Positions 19,579 through 29,139 of a stretch of DNA of 64,000 bases are shown here, one piece after another; positions within the stretch are counted from its first letter, which is position 1; every line of letters begins with the position of its first letter. The stretch spans positions 186,001 through 250,000 of IMG/VR virus record IMGVR_UViG_3300047320_000285; one strand, given 5' to 3'. The notes under the pieces are model-generated. The model was not told where the DNA came from, did not search any database, and saw only the letters and a list, made by a program, of their open reading frames with translations. The position numbers were made by a program, and so were the translations under genes.

Positions 19579-22176
19579 ATGGCATACAACTATCTTGAAG
19601 ATCACGCGCTGAAAAATGTCTGGTGTGCTCCCGGCCAAGACAAGCAGTCGATCACACAACCAGCGCGTGTGACTCCGTTTGGCGGAGCGTGGAACTACGT
19701 GAAGGTCGGCTGGCGGACGCATACCTTGCCGCTGCAGGGCATTCGCATGCACGTCTACATGGTCGGTCAGTTGCACCCGACCTTCATGGGTCTGTTCCCG
19801 CAGCAGTACCAATGGGTCAACCTCTCGGATGCGATGAACGCCATGCATCTGATTGCCGACCTCTACACCGACCAAGGCGAGTGCCTGCCGCGGTTTGAAA
19901 TGTGGTACATGGTCGATGCGGATCGTAACCTGATTCTGGCGGTACGTGATCCGAAGCCGAACCTGAACCTCGACCTGAATACGCAGGCGTTGTACTTCCG
20001 GGTCTACACCAATGCATTCTATCAGTCGCTGCGCGGAATGAACAATCCCAACGGCATGCAAACCGCTGGGCAGCGCATTGGCACGACCGCGCAGATCCTC
20101 ACGTTGCAGGCCAAGTTCCAGCAGTTGCAGGGAATTGGCTCGGGACTGGTGTACGCGTTTGTGAACGGCTACAAGGTCGAGACCATCGATCTGTTCACCT
20201 GCAAGGTGGGCGACGTGGTGGAGTATATCTACGACCCGTCGATCTACAAAGTGGTCACGTGGTCGGTGGCCGACCTGAAGACGTTTGACTCGTTGCTCGA
20301 TCTGAAGACCAAGTACCTGTTGCATTACGCCGGGGCGATGGATAACCAGATTGATTACCACGACGACATCGATTTCTTTCTGGTCAATCCGAGCGGGGTG
20401 ACGACCAACCGTTACAAGGGCATTTACATGCACCGCAATGGTGGCGACACCATTCGCATGGTCACGCATCGCGATTATTCGGTGGTGGTGCCGTATCTGG
20501 TTACATGGGCCGGTTACCAGAACTGGGCCGACCTCAACGGGTTGCACATTCGCATGCATGTGCGCTACGGCGGGCTGAACCGAGGACTGGTGTTTGAAGA
20601 CAGCCGCATCCAAGAGTTGTACAAGATGCAGGATGCTGACATCCTCAACGCCATGCTGGGCACCCAGTCGACCGTGTCCGTCTGGCGAGCCGACTATCTG
20701 GAGAACTCTGCCTACACCGCGCTGATGCGTAATCCGGTAGCGTGTCTGCCGCAAGAGCAGGTGGAAGCGGCCTACGGCTACAACGCGATCAGCAAGCTGG
20801 TCGGTAACACTCCGGCGTTCACGCGGGACGAAAGCCAGCAGACCGTGGTGGATGTGCCGTATCTGTTGCAACAAAACGCGGTGGCGTACGAGTACGATGC
20901 GCAAGGGCACCTGATGGGTTTCTATCAGACCCCGGGTGGGTCGATCTACGCGTGTGCCAATACCAATGCGGCGTTGGTGGAAATGATTGCCGGGGTGGGC
21001 GACACGCAGCTTGATGAGTTGTATGGGACGAACAACATCACGTTGGCCGCGGGGGTCGACTACCGGATGTACACCTGCCCGATCACCAATGGCGTCCCCT
21101 CGAATATCTGGACCGATGTGACGGGGAGTGCCAACTATGTGATTATCAACGGCGTGTTGCAGTGGACCATCGACCAGACCAAGTTCTATACCCTGCTGCG
21201 CGGTAACCGCAATGTGCTGGCCTATACGCTGCAGCTCACGCCTAGCGAAGGGGTGCTGGAATTCTCGCTCACCCAGCGCATGCGTCGACAAGGTACGATC
21301 TCGACCTTCGTGATGCAGATCCCGATGGGTGAGCTGGTGTTGCATCTGAACGGCCATCCGTTGATTGAGAACATCGACTACTTTGTGGTGTTCCCGAAGA
21401 TCGTGATCGTCAACAAGGCGTATCTGAGCGCTAACCCGGTGAGTACGCCCCAGCAGATCGACATCCGTTTCTCGGGTCATTGCAAGAGCGACCAGACGCG
21501 CGAGAACACCGAAGACGATAGGGGCTTTGTGGTGGACGGCTTGCTCTCAGCCAACAACCGCTTTGACCTGCGCGACGACAAGGTGTTGCGTATTGTGGTG
21601 GGTGGCGCACTGAAAGATCGGTCGCAGCTCGAGTTCGCTGAAACCGATACAGGGGTGGGGGGTCTGAGTGCGTCGAATGGCTTGCCGTATCTAATCCGCG
21701 ACATCGTGGTGCCGATGCGGACCTTGACGCAAAGCGACACGTACACGATGCGAGCGCACTCGCTCGCGATCGATCAGATGGTCGGCGACTACCTGAGCAG
21801 CAAGATTCCGGAACCGGCGCTGCCGCAACCGATCGTGATCCCGGCGCTGTACCGCTTGTATTCACCGTTCCTGTCGAAGATCATCTACGATCTAAAAGCA
21901 GGGATTCTGAATGACGAACGGTTGTACGGCCCGATGTCGACTGCGCTGGCCATGCAGATCGTGCAGCCTTACGAGTACTTGCTCGCGTTTGACCCGTCCC
22001 AGCAAAACACGCTGACCGATCCGAACTTCACCGCCGTCGATCCGACCAACGTGATGACGGTGATCCAGTTGGACGCGTATCAGTATCGGTTGGCGATGAT
22101 GGTGGCCAAGCAATACTGTCCGACGGTCTCGCTCAGTCAGTTCGTTTCGATTACGCCTGTTGCGCAGGCAAGCTGA
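19579..22176 (+). CDS. Virion structural protein (phiKZ gp27-like)
   Basis: 865 aa, beta-rich composition; N-terminus YLEDHALKNVWCAPGQDKQ; gene order. Confidence 0.65.
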   Translation: MAYNYLEDHALKNVWCAPGQDKQSITQPARVTPFGGAWNYVKVGWRTHTLPLQGIRMHVYMVGQLHPTFMGLFPQQYQWVNLSDAMNAMHLIADLYTDQGECLPRFEMWYMVDADRNLILAVRDPKPNLNLDLNTQALYFRVYTNAFYQSLRGMNNPNGMQTAGQRIGTTAQILTLQAKFQQLQGIGSGLVYAFVNGYKVETIDLFTCKVGDVVEYIYDPSIYKVVTWSVADLKTFDSLLDLKTKYLLHYAGAMDNQIDYHDDIDFFLVNPSGVTTNRYKGIYMHRNGGDTIRMVTHRDYSVVVPYLVTWAGYQNWADLNGLHIRMHVRYGGLNRGLVFEDSRIQELYKMQDADILNAMLGTQSTVSVWRADYLENSAYTALMRNPVACLPQEQVEAAYGYNAISKLVGNTPAFTRDESQQTVVDVPYLLQQNAVAYEYDAQGHLMGFYQTPGGSIYACANTNAALVEMIAGVGDTQLDELYGTNNITLAAGVDYRMYTCPITNGVPSNIWTDVTGSANYVIINGVLQWTIDQTKFYTLLRGNRNVLAYTLQLTPSEGVLEFSLTQRMRRQGTISTFVMQIPMGELVLHLNGHPLIENIDYFVVFPKIVIVNKAYLSANPVSTPQQIDIRFSGHCKSDQTRENTEDDRGFVVDGLLSANNRFDLRDDKVLRIVVGGALKDRSQLEFAETDTGVGGLSASNGLPYLIRDIVVPMRTLTQSDTYTMRAHSLAIDQMVGDYLSSKIPEPALPQPIVIPALYRLYSPFLSKIIYDLKAGILNDERLYGPMSTALAMQIVQPYEYLLAFDPSQQNTLTDPNFTAVDPTNVMTVIQLDAYQYRLAMMVAKQYCPTVSLSQFVSITPVAQAS

Positions 22177-22195
22177 TTTTTAAAGGAAACAACGC

Positions 22196-23926
22196 ATGTC
22201 AACTGGAACTCCTGCCAATATCACCGGCAGCGACGGCGTCGTACCGGTGGAGAACCCGGATGGTCTGTGGGCCCATTGGGCGTTGCAGCAGCTATTCATG
22301 GGAGCGGATACCCCGGGTGCCACGGTGCCCGGTGGTGCAGTGCCTCGTTGGGTCGGCAAGGTCAACGATTACGTGACCAACTACGACACCGACGAGCGCT
22401 GGAAGATCACCGCACTCGACGTCACCACGCTCAAGCCGACGCTGACCTCGATCACACCCGTGATTACCCCGGGCGACTTGGATACCACCGATCTGCTGTT
22501 CGGGGTGGGTCCGGGTACCGATGCCGACACGTATCGCTGCTATATCGACCAGTCGGTGATTCCGTACAAGCTGGTGGTCGACCAGCGCCTGTCGGTCAAT
22601 AGCGTGCTCACCAAGTACGCGAAGATCTTTCAGGGCAGTCAGCTCGATGGCACCGCCCAAGTCATCAGCGCGTTCTACGATACCTCGGGGAACTTCTTGG
22701 GGGATTCGGTCCCACTGGAACTGGTGTCGCAGCCCAACGCCCAGAACTACGCGGTCAAGACCGTGCAGCCCTGTTACACCAAGGTGCCGCTGGCCAACAA
22801 CGACAAAGTCACCGTGGTGTTCTACGGCGATGATGGCGGGGTGGTGTCGACCCGGCAGTTGCTGGTGATGAATACCGCCTTCATTCGCTCCTCGGATGCG
22901 AGCCTGAAGTATGTGGTGGGCATCACACTGGATTCGCCGTTCCTCTCGAGCGCGGATGCCAACACCATCCAGTTCCCGATCAATGTGCCGATCGTGGGCT
23001 GGAATCTGTTTGGCGTGGTGCACTACTCGGATGGCTCGAAGCTGCGCATGCCGGTGGATGGTACCAAGTTCAAGGTGATGGGCTTGCGCGACTTTGTGGC
23101 AACCATCGTGGGTCAGGAGATCGACTTCACGCTGCAGTACACATTCAGCCCGGATGAGGTGTTCTACGACGCGCAAACCGGTTCGCCCACGGGGGACAAG
23201 TTCAAGAACGAGCCCTACAAGGCGATCGTGCAGAACTCGGATGGCTCGTACACGGTCAAGCTGTTCTGTGTGCCGCATTGGGACACCGCGACCAGCCAGT
23301 ATTTCCTCGACTGGTATCTGTACGATCTGGATCGCGCCCTGTCGGTGCTGGTCACGCCGTACGTCACCTACCAGAGCGCGCGGGGTTTCGATGGTACCCA
23401 GACCGGTTTTGGTCTGAACCAATCGGTGCAAGTGGCGATCGATCTGTCGAATGTCAACGGTCAGTACAAGAAGTACATCTTCACGCAGACGCTGCAAATC
23501 GTGCTGATGCGTGCGGCAACCGACCATTCGGGCGATCCGTGGGTGATCTACTACAGCCCGTCGCAAGCCGTGCCGTATGGTACGGGTCTGAAGGCGAAGG
23601 TCAACTTCATCAACCAGAACCTGAAGTACGTCGACGTGAGCCAAGGGGCGACCGATCAGGCCTCGTGGCTTAATGCTATCCTGCCGGCCGCCTTGCCGCT
23701 GTTCGATCCGCAGGCTGAGCCGACCTACCCGACGCCGAACATGTTCTCGTTTATCCAGAGCGATGGAACCGAAGCTGCGTTCCCGATCTCGCAATGGAAT
23801 GCGCAGAATGCGATCTCGACGTCCCTGCCGGATGGCGCAACGCTCTACTTGAAGTTCTTCGAACGCACGCCGGAGAACGACTTACAGATTGCGATGTGCC
23901 CGATGGTGATTCAACAAACCGACTAA
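22196..23926 (+). CDS. Virion structural protein (phiKZ gp26-like)
   Basis: 576 aa, Thr/Val-rich, immediately upstream of terminase; gene order. Confidence 0.6.
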   Translation: MSTGTPANITGSDGVVPVENPDGLWAHWALQQLFMGADTPGATVPGGAVPRWVGKVNDYVTNYDTDERWKITALDVTTLKPTLTSITPVITPGDLDTTDLLFGVGPGTDADTYRCYIDQSVIPYKLVVDQRLSVNSVLTKYAKIFQGSQLDGTAQVISAFYDTSGNFLGDSVPLELVSQPNAQNYAVKTVQPCYTKVPLANNDKVTVVFYGDDGGVVSTRQLLVMNTAFIRSSDASLKYVVGITLDSPFLSSADANTIQFPINVPIVGWNLFGVVHYSDGSKLRMPVDGTKFKVMGLRDFVATIVGQEIDFTLQYTFSPDEVFYDAQTGSPTGDKFKNEPYKAIVQNSDGSYTVKLFCVPHWDTATSQYFLDWYLYDLDRALSVLVTPYVTYQSARGFDGTQTGFGLNQSVQVAIDLSNVNGQYKKYIFTQTLQIVLMRAATDHSGDPWVIYYSPSQAVPYGTGLKAKVNFINQNLKYVDVSQGATDQASWLNAILPAALPLFDPQAEPTYPTPNMFSFIQSDGTEAAFPISQWNAQNAISTSLPDGATLYLKFFERTPENDLQIAMCPMVIQQTD

Positions 23927-24004
23927 GTCGGCCCGTTGCTACCCACTCTGCCTTTACGGGTGGAGTGGGTAGTTGCGGGACCGATTTCTTTTTGAGATAG
24001 AACC

Positions 24005-26257
24005 ATGATTCTCTTTGCTAACGATTGGGACAAATACCCGACCGCGGACGTCGATATGACGACCAAGAACGAGTCGTTTATTCGACTCGCGGCAGTGTAC
24101 AAAAAGATGGGGATCAAGAACCACGCGTTTCCGCTGGCCTTGATTAACCAGAACCTCAAGGGGATTGATCCGTTTGCCCCGGACTTGTCGCAACAAGAAA
24201 TCCTGATGATCACGATGGAGTGTTTCCATAATCCGTGGTACTACTTCCGTGAGATTGCCCGCGCACCGGCGGGGTCTGGTCAGGAGGCGGTTCGGGTGGA
24301 AGGCAACCGAGCGAATTTGGCCTTGTGGTGGAGTTTCTTTAACCACGTGATGTTCATGCTAATCCAGCCGCGTCAGACCGGTAAGTCGTTCTCGACCGAT
24401 ACGCTGATGGTGTACCTGATGGTGATCAAGTGCATGAACACCGGGATTAACCTGCTCACGAAGGATGACAAACTGCGCCGGGAAAATATCGACCGCATCA
24501 AGAACATCATGACTGAGCTGCCCGACTACATGCAGCTCAGGACGAGCGACGACGTCAACAACGGCGAAGAGATTACCATCAAGGCGTTGGGTAATAAGTA
24601 CAACACCCACGTGCCGCAAGCGTCGGAAAAGCTCGCCCACAACAAGGGGCGTGGTATTACCACGCCGGTTGTCCATATCGACGAGCCGCCGTTCCAGCGC
24701 CACATTGCCGTCGCCGTGAAAGCGATGTTGGCGGCCATGGGTGCCGCCACAGAACGCGCGGCCGAAGCCGGGGCACCGTATGGGGTGATCATGACCACCA
24801 CCGCCGGGATGAAGGACGATGTGGATGGTAAGTGGGTGTACGAAACGCTGGTGCAGGATTCGGCACCGTGGAACGAACGTTTCTTCGACTGCAAGGATGC
24901 GGAAGAACTCGAATGGCTGGTGCGTAAGACCAGTCCGGGCAAGAAGTTCCAGATCAACGGGACCTTCGATCACCGCCAGTTGGGCAAGTCCGACGAATGG
25001 CTGCGCAAGAAGATTGAAGCGGCGCTGCAGGACGGGCTGACGGCAGAGCGCGATTACCTGAATATCTGGACCTCAGGTACGGAACGTTCACCGTTTGATC
25101 CCCATACCACCGAACGCATTGCGAACGCCAAGTGTGAACCGTTGCACCACCAGATCTTCCCCGAAGGCTATATCTTCCGCTGGCATCTGCCGGAGGAGCA
25201 AGTCGTCAACTACATGAAGTTCAACAAGACGGTGCTCGGGGTGGACTCCTCGGATGCGATGGGTCGAGACGAAATCTGTCTGGTGTTGACGGATGTGGTT
25301 ACCGGTGAGGTAATCGGGACCGGGGCGTTTAACGAAACCAACCTGTTTACGTTCTCGACGTGGCTCGCCCACTTCCTGATTGAGTTCAAGAACGTGACGA
25401 TGATTCCGGAGCGTCACTCGTCGATGGTGATGATTTTGGATCACCTGTGTATCATGTTGCCGCAACATGGTGAAGACCCGTTCAAGCGGATCTTTAACTG
25501 GGTGGTGCAGGATCAGAACGACAGTGTCTCGAATACCGAGAAGTATCGGGAGATCAAGCAACCGCTGTCACGGCGCGATGCACAGTTCCATGCCGAGCGT
25601 AAGGGGGCGTTGGGCTGGCGGACCAGCGGCACAGGACGCACCGCCCGGAGCAACCTGTATTCGGTGGTCCTGATGATGGCGGCGAAGCGGGCTGGCCACA
25701 AAATCAAGGACCCCCAACTCGTGGGGCAGTTGCTCGGGCTGGTCAACAAGAATGGCCGGATCGACCACGAGGAGGGCAGTCACGATGACATGGTGATCGC
25801 ATGGCTCCTGACGCACTGGTTCCTGATGCAGGGTAAGTATCTGACTCACTACGGTATCGAAGCCGGCACTGCGCTGGCCGGTTTGAACGTGAAGAAGGAG
25901 GAGAGTCCGCAGGAAATGCGTATGCGCTTCGAGCAGCAGGAGATCCGCGATCAGATCACGGAACTCTACGAGAAGCTCATGAACGAGGAAGATGAAAATG
26001 TGGCGGAGCGCATTGAAGCGAAGCTGCGTTCCTTGGATCGACGCATTGTCGTGGAAGAAGGCGAGCTGTATGCGTTTGATGACCTGATTCGGGAAGCCAA
26101 GAACGCTCGACGCACGCGGGCGAGAAATAGCGACTTCCGGGGCGGTGGGCAGTATCAGCCGCATTACCGGGAGGAGCAATGGCAGCGCGCAGGCAGCTAC
26201 GCGATGGCGCCGCCTAACCACGGCGGCTATGGCGGGTTTCAGACCCACTACGGCTAG
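24005..26257 (+). CDS. terL: Terminase large subunit
   Basis: Walker A PRQTGKS, Walker B VHIDE, nuclease motifs LGVDSS and HDDMVIA. Confidence 0.92.
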   Translation: MILFANDWDKYPTADVDMTTKNESFIRLAAVYKKMGIKNHAFPLALINQNLKGIDPFAPDLSQQEILMITMECFHNPWYYFREIARAPAGSGQEAVRVEGNRANLALWWSFFNHVMFMLIQPRQTGKSFSTDTLMVYLMVIKCMNTGINLLTKDDKLRRENIDRIKNIMTELPDYMQLRTSDDVNNGEEITIKALGNKYNTHVPQASEKLAHNKGRGITTPVVHIDEPPFQRHIAVAVKAMLAAMGAATERAAEAGAPYGVIMTTTAGMKDDVDGKWVYETLVQDSAPWNERFFDCKDAEELEWLVRKTSPGKKFQINGTFDHRQLGKSDEWLRKKIEAALQDGLTAERDYLNIWTSGTERSPFDPHTTERIANAKCEPLHHQIFPEGYIFRWHLPEEQVVNYMKFNKTVLGVDSSDAMGRDEICLVLTDVVTGEVIGTGAFNETNLFTFSTWLAHFLIEFKNVTMIPERHSSMVMILDHLCIMLPQHGEDPFKRIFNWVVQDQNDSVSNTEKYREIKQPLSRRDAQFHAERKGALGWRTSGTGRTARSNLYSVVLMMAAKRAGHKIKDPQLVGQLLGLVNKNGRIDHEEGSHDDMVIAWLLTHWFLMQGKYLTHYGIEAGTALAGLNVKKEESPQEMRMRFEQQEIRDQITELYEKLMNEEDENVAERIEAKLRSLDRRIVVEEGELYAFDDLIREAKNARRTRARNSDFRGGGQYQPHYREEQWQRAGSYAMAPPNHGGYGGFQTHYG

Positions 26258-26282
26258 TCAGGTATCACCCGAGTAGTAGCAA

Positions 26283-26324
26283 CGGCATAGCGGCCTCCTA
26301 GGAGCTTCCTAGGAGGCCTTATGC
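26283..26324. terminator. Bidirectional terminator
   Basis: CGGCATA then GGCCTCCTAGGA-GCT-TCCTAGGAGGCC then TTATGC, between convergent genes. Confidence 0.7.
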
Positions 26325-26325
26325 T

Positions 26326-26739
26326 CTAGGCGTGGCGGTTCATCCGCAACAGTTCCTCGCTCAGCAGGTCCAGATACGCATTGATCGCCAGCTTGCGCTG
26401 GGTTTGATCATCGACGAGATTGGAGAAGAATGCTGGAAAGGTTACCTCTAGCTCGACTGCTTTTTTCAACTTCGGGGGCGCATCGTGCGATACCTCGGCA
26501 AAGATTGCGTAGCTCGCATGGTCCCTCCCCGGTACAAACCAACGAGCATACTCTTGCCGATACACACGCTTGTGACAGTGGATTGAAATCTCATACCCAC
26601 CCACATGGTGACTGGTAAGAGAGAAGCTGTTCGTGGCAGGCGCGGTCACCTCAACCACCCGGTGCCTGCCTTTGAGTCGCTCCATCCACATCCAGATCCC
26701 CGTGATTAGCGCTTTAAAGATCGCCATGTTAGGGTACAC
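26326..26739 (-). CDS. Hypothetical protein (137 aa)
   Basis: GAGG SD upstream; follows the 26787 gene on the same strand. Confidence 0.6.
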   Translation of the reverse strand: MYPNMAIFKALITGIWMWMERLKGRHRVVEVTAPATNSFSLTSHHVGGYEISIHCHKRVYRQEYARWFVPGRDHASYAIFAEVSHDAPPKLKKAVELEVTFPAFFSNLVDDQTQRKLAINAYLDLLSEELLRMNRHA

Positions 26740-26786
26740 CTCATGCGAGACGACTGCCAGAGGGAAATCCGGGGCGCTTGAGCACT

Positions 26787-28028
26787 TTAAGCCGCCAGCA
26801 AGCTGGCTTGGGAGTAGTAGTGCATGGTGTACGTGCGCAGGCAGATGTACAATAGCAACCCGGTACGAAGTGCGGCCAGCGTATTGGAGTTCTTGTTACT
26901 GGTGGCCAGCTTAGCAACCTTCTCTGCTTTTTCCCGCAAGGCCAACAGGGTCGGGTCGGTACTCCGACTGCTGGTGTAGGTCCCGCGCAGCTTGGATAAA
27001 ATCCCCGGCAAGTCATGCGTGGAACGCACCAGTGTGGTGTTGGCCTGCAAATACGTGAAGCTGTGGATGAGGGTGTCGTCCAGTAGCTCCTCGATAATGC
27101 CCACACCCTGACGCTGATAGTTGGCACTCATCCACTCGAGGCACTCGGTAAAGAGGCGCGGGTTCATGCTGCCCATCAGTTTCTCGATGATCGCCACCAG
27201 CTCTTGGCGGATAAACGATCCTTTGTCAGGGACCACCGACTGGATATAACGCGTGTAGTTCTGCAGCCCGTGCACCCGATCGCGCAGCACTTCCTCGCCA
27301 TCGAACTCGACCACCGCCGAGGATGAATGGATCTTGATGCCTTGCTTGTGCACGTTCATGAACTCTTTGTAGATGTTCTTGACCATGTCCCGAATGCGCG
27401 ACTGCACGTCATTGACCATACGCACCACGTCGTCATCATGGTCCATCTGCTGGATGGCTTTCCGATGCAAGCCATCCTTGGCCACCAGTCGTTCGGAAAA
27501 GAAGCGCAGCAGCGAATACCAGCTGTCAAAGTTCTTGATCAGGAACTTGTACGACAGTCGGGCATAGGTGGCTTCCGCAACGGCCTTGTCGGCGGGGTAC
27601 TTGAAATAGTGGTACAGCAACGAGGTGATGAATTTGTACTGCAGGATCAGCGCGACGTTAATCATCGCCTCCGACTTCGTCTCCTCATCCAGATGCGACG
27701 ACCACAGCGCGTGCAGCAGCCAGCAGCACGACAGGTTAAATGTATCCGAGGAGACGTGGAACTTGTCATTCACCGCCGGCAACGCAATCAGACGTTCGCG
27801 CACCAGCTGATCGTCCACGCCACCCAGCACGTCCTGAAACCACTCATCACTATCCGAATCCATAAAGCGCACCACATGCACGCCAATCAGCTTGCCGCCA
27901 AAGAAGGCGATGTGGTCTTCATTTTTGGTGCGAAAGTTTGCCTGAAACTGGGCAATCCGTTTGGCCAGTTTGGTGTCGATGACCAAGCCGTGGCATTCTT
28001 CTTCAAAAGTCGTCTTGATCGACTCCAT
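26787..28028 (-). CDS. Conserved virion protein (phiKZ gp32-like)
   Basis: Likely start MESIKTTF at 28028 after GGGAG; KNEDHIAFFGGKLIGV motif; gene order. Confidence 0.65.
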   Translation of the reverse strand: MESIKTTFEEECHGLVIDTKLAKRIAQFQANFRTKNEDHIAFFGGKLIGVHVVRFMDSDSDEWFQDVLGGVDDQLVRERLIALPAVNDKFHVSSDTFNLSCCWLLHALWSSHLDEETKSEAMINVALILQYKFITSLLYHYFKYPADKAVAEATYARLSYKFLIKNFDSWYSLLRFFSERLVAKDGLHRKAIQQMDHDDDVVRMVNDVQSRIRDMVKNIYKEFMNVHKQGIKIHSSSAVVEFDGEEVLRDRVHGLQNYTRYIQSVVPDKGSFIRQELVAIIEKLMGSMNPRLFTECLEWMSANYQRQGVGIIEELLDDTLIHSFTYLQANTTLVRSTHDLPGILSKLRGTYTSSRSTDPTLLALREKAEKVAKLATSNKNSNTLAALRTGLLLYICLRTYTMHYYSQASLLAA

Positions 28029-28087
28029 ACGAGGGCTCCCCTTGCGTTCGATGTACACACCATGAACCAAACGCGCGCGCGTACAGA

Positions 28088-28117
28088 CGGCATAAAAGGC
28101 GGGACCGAAGTCCCGCC
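28088..28117 (-). terminator. Terminator with TTTTATGCCG tail on the minus strand
   Basis: GGCGGGAC-CGAA-GTCCCGCC stem preceded on the plus strand by CGGCATAAAA. Confidence 0.7.
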
Positions 28118-28141
28118 CCGATGCGTGACCGAAGGAGTGGC

Positions 28142-29074
28142 TTATTCGGTTTGACCGACACCCGGTTGGGCGCCGCCTTCTTGGCCGCTCACGTGATCCG
28201 TGTTGCCGGCTTCACCCGTACCGTCCGCGCCTTCGTTCTGCGGCTGGCAGATACCCGGCATCGACGGATCGATCGGTTCACCGGACGCGTTTTCCGGATT
28301 GAGCGGGGTCTCCAGCGACGACACGTATTCCTCGAGCGAGCCGAAGTACTTGCCGCCCATGGCCGCCACTGCCAAACGCAGCGCTTCCTTGGCGACCTTC
28401 TTCTTCTTGCCCTTGGCTTTCTTCTTGCCCGCACCGAATTGCTTGGCGAACATCGCCATCTTCTTCACATGGGGGTCGTCAGACGCGAGGCCCTTGGCAA
28501 TGTCAGCCGGCGTGATCTTCTCGCCTTCCTTCTTACCGAGCCACTTGTGAAAGCCGCCCTTCTTGACCTTGATGTCCTTCTTGTCCTTGCCAGCCGCTTC
28601 GAGCGCGAGCGACTCTTCGGACTCGAGCATCGACTCGATGGCCACCACTTCTTCGGCGTCCAGATCGACAATGTCGTCCTGCACTTCACCGGTGCCGTCT
28701 TCGTTCTGGGGCGCAGACGCATCGGCAATCACCACAAACTCGCCCGCCTTGGAGTCTTCCATGTCGTTGACGACGTCAACCACCGTGTCCGGCTCGATAT
28801 CGGTTTCGCTCACGGCGTAGATCTCGACGCCGTTCTTGACGTCCGGATCATCCGAGTTGTTGACGGCATTGATGAGTTTGCTCATCACCGTGACGTCCTG
28901 AGCCTGCGATTCGAGCGCAGCCCCATCCGTCGTCGCTTCACCCGTGACGGGATCGGTCTTGGCGTAGGCTACGTTCAACGCGTTCGTCATCGCTTGGCCG
29001 AGCGGCCCCTTCATCACGATGGCTTCAGGTTCGCGCTCCATGCCCTCGAGGGCGATTCGCATTACGTTGCGCAT
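28142..29074 (-). CDS. Putative internal head protein with multiple A-X-E protease sites
   Basis: 310 aa; ALE/AIE motifs (IALEG, AALES, VAIES, LALEA), acidic segments and a Lys-rich block. Confidence 0.55.
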   Translation of the reverse strand: MRNVMRIALEGMEREPEAIVMKGPLGQAMTNALNVAYAKTDPVTGEATTDGAALESQAQDVTVMSKLINAVNNSDDPDVKNGVEIYAVSETDIEPDTVVDVVNDMEDSKAGEFVVIADASAPQNEDGTGEVQDDIVDLDAEEVVAIESMLESEESLALEAAGKDKKDIKVKKGGFHKWLGKKEGEKITPADIAKGLASDDPHVKKMAMFAKQFGAGKKKAKGKKKKVAKEALRLAVAAMGGKYFGSLEEYVSSLETPLNPENASGEPIDPSMPGICQPQNEGADGTGEAGNTDHVSGQEGGAQPGVGQTE

Positions 29075-29139
29075 TGTTCCTTCCTCACTGTTTGTTGGGT
29101 CTTCGGCTTATCCGCATCGGTAGACCAGCTGACCACCTA

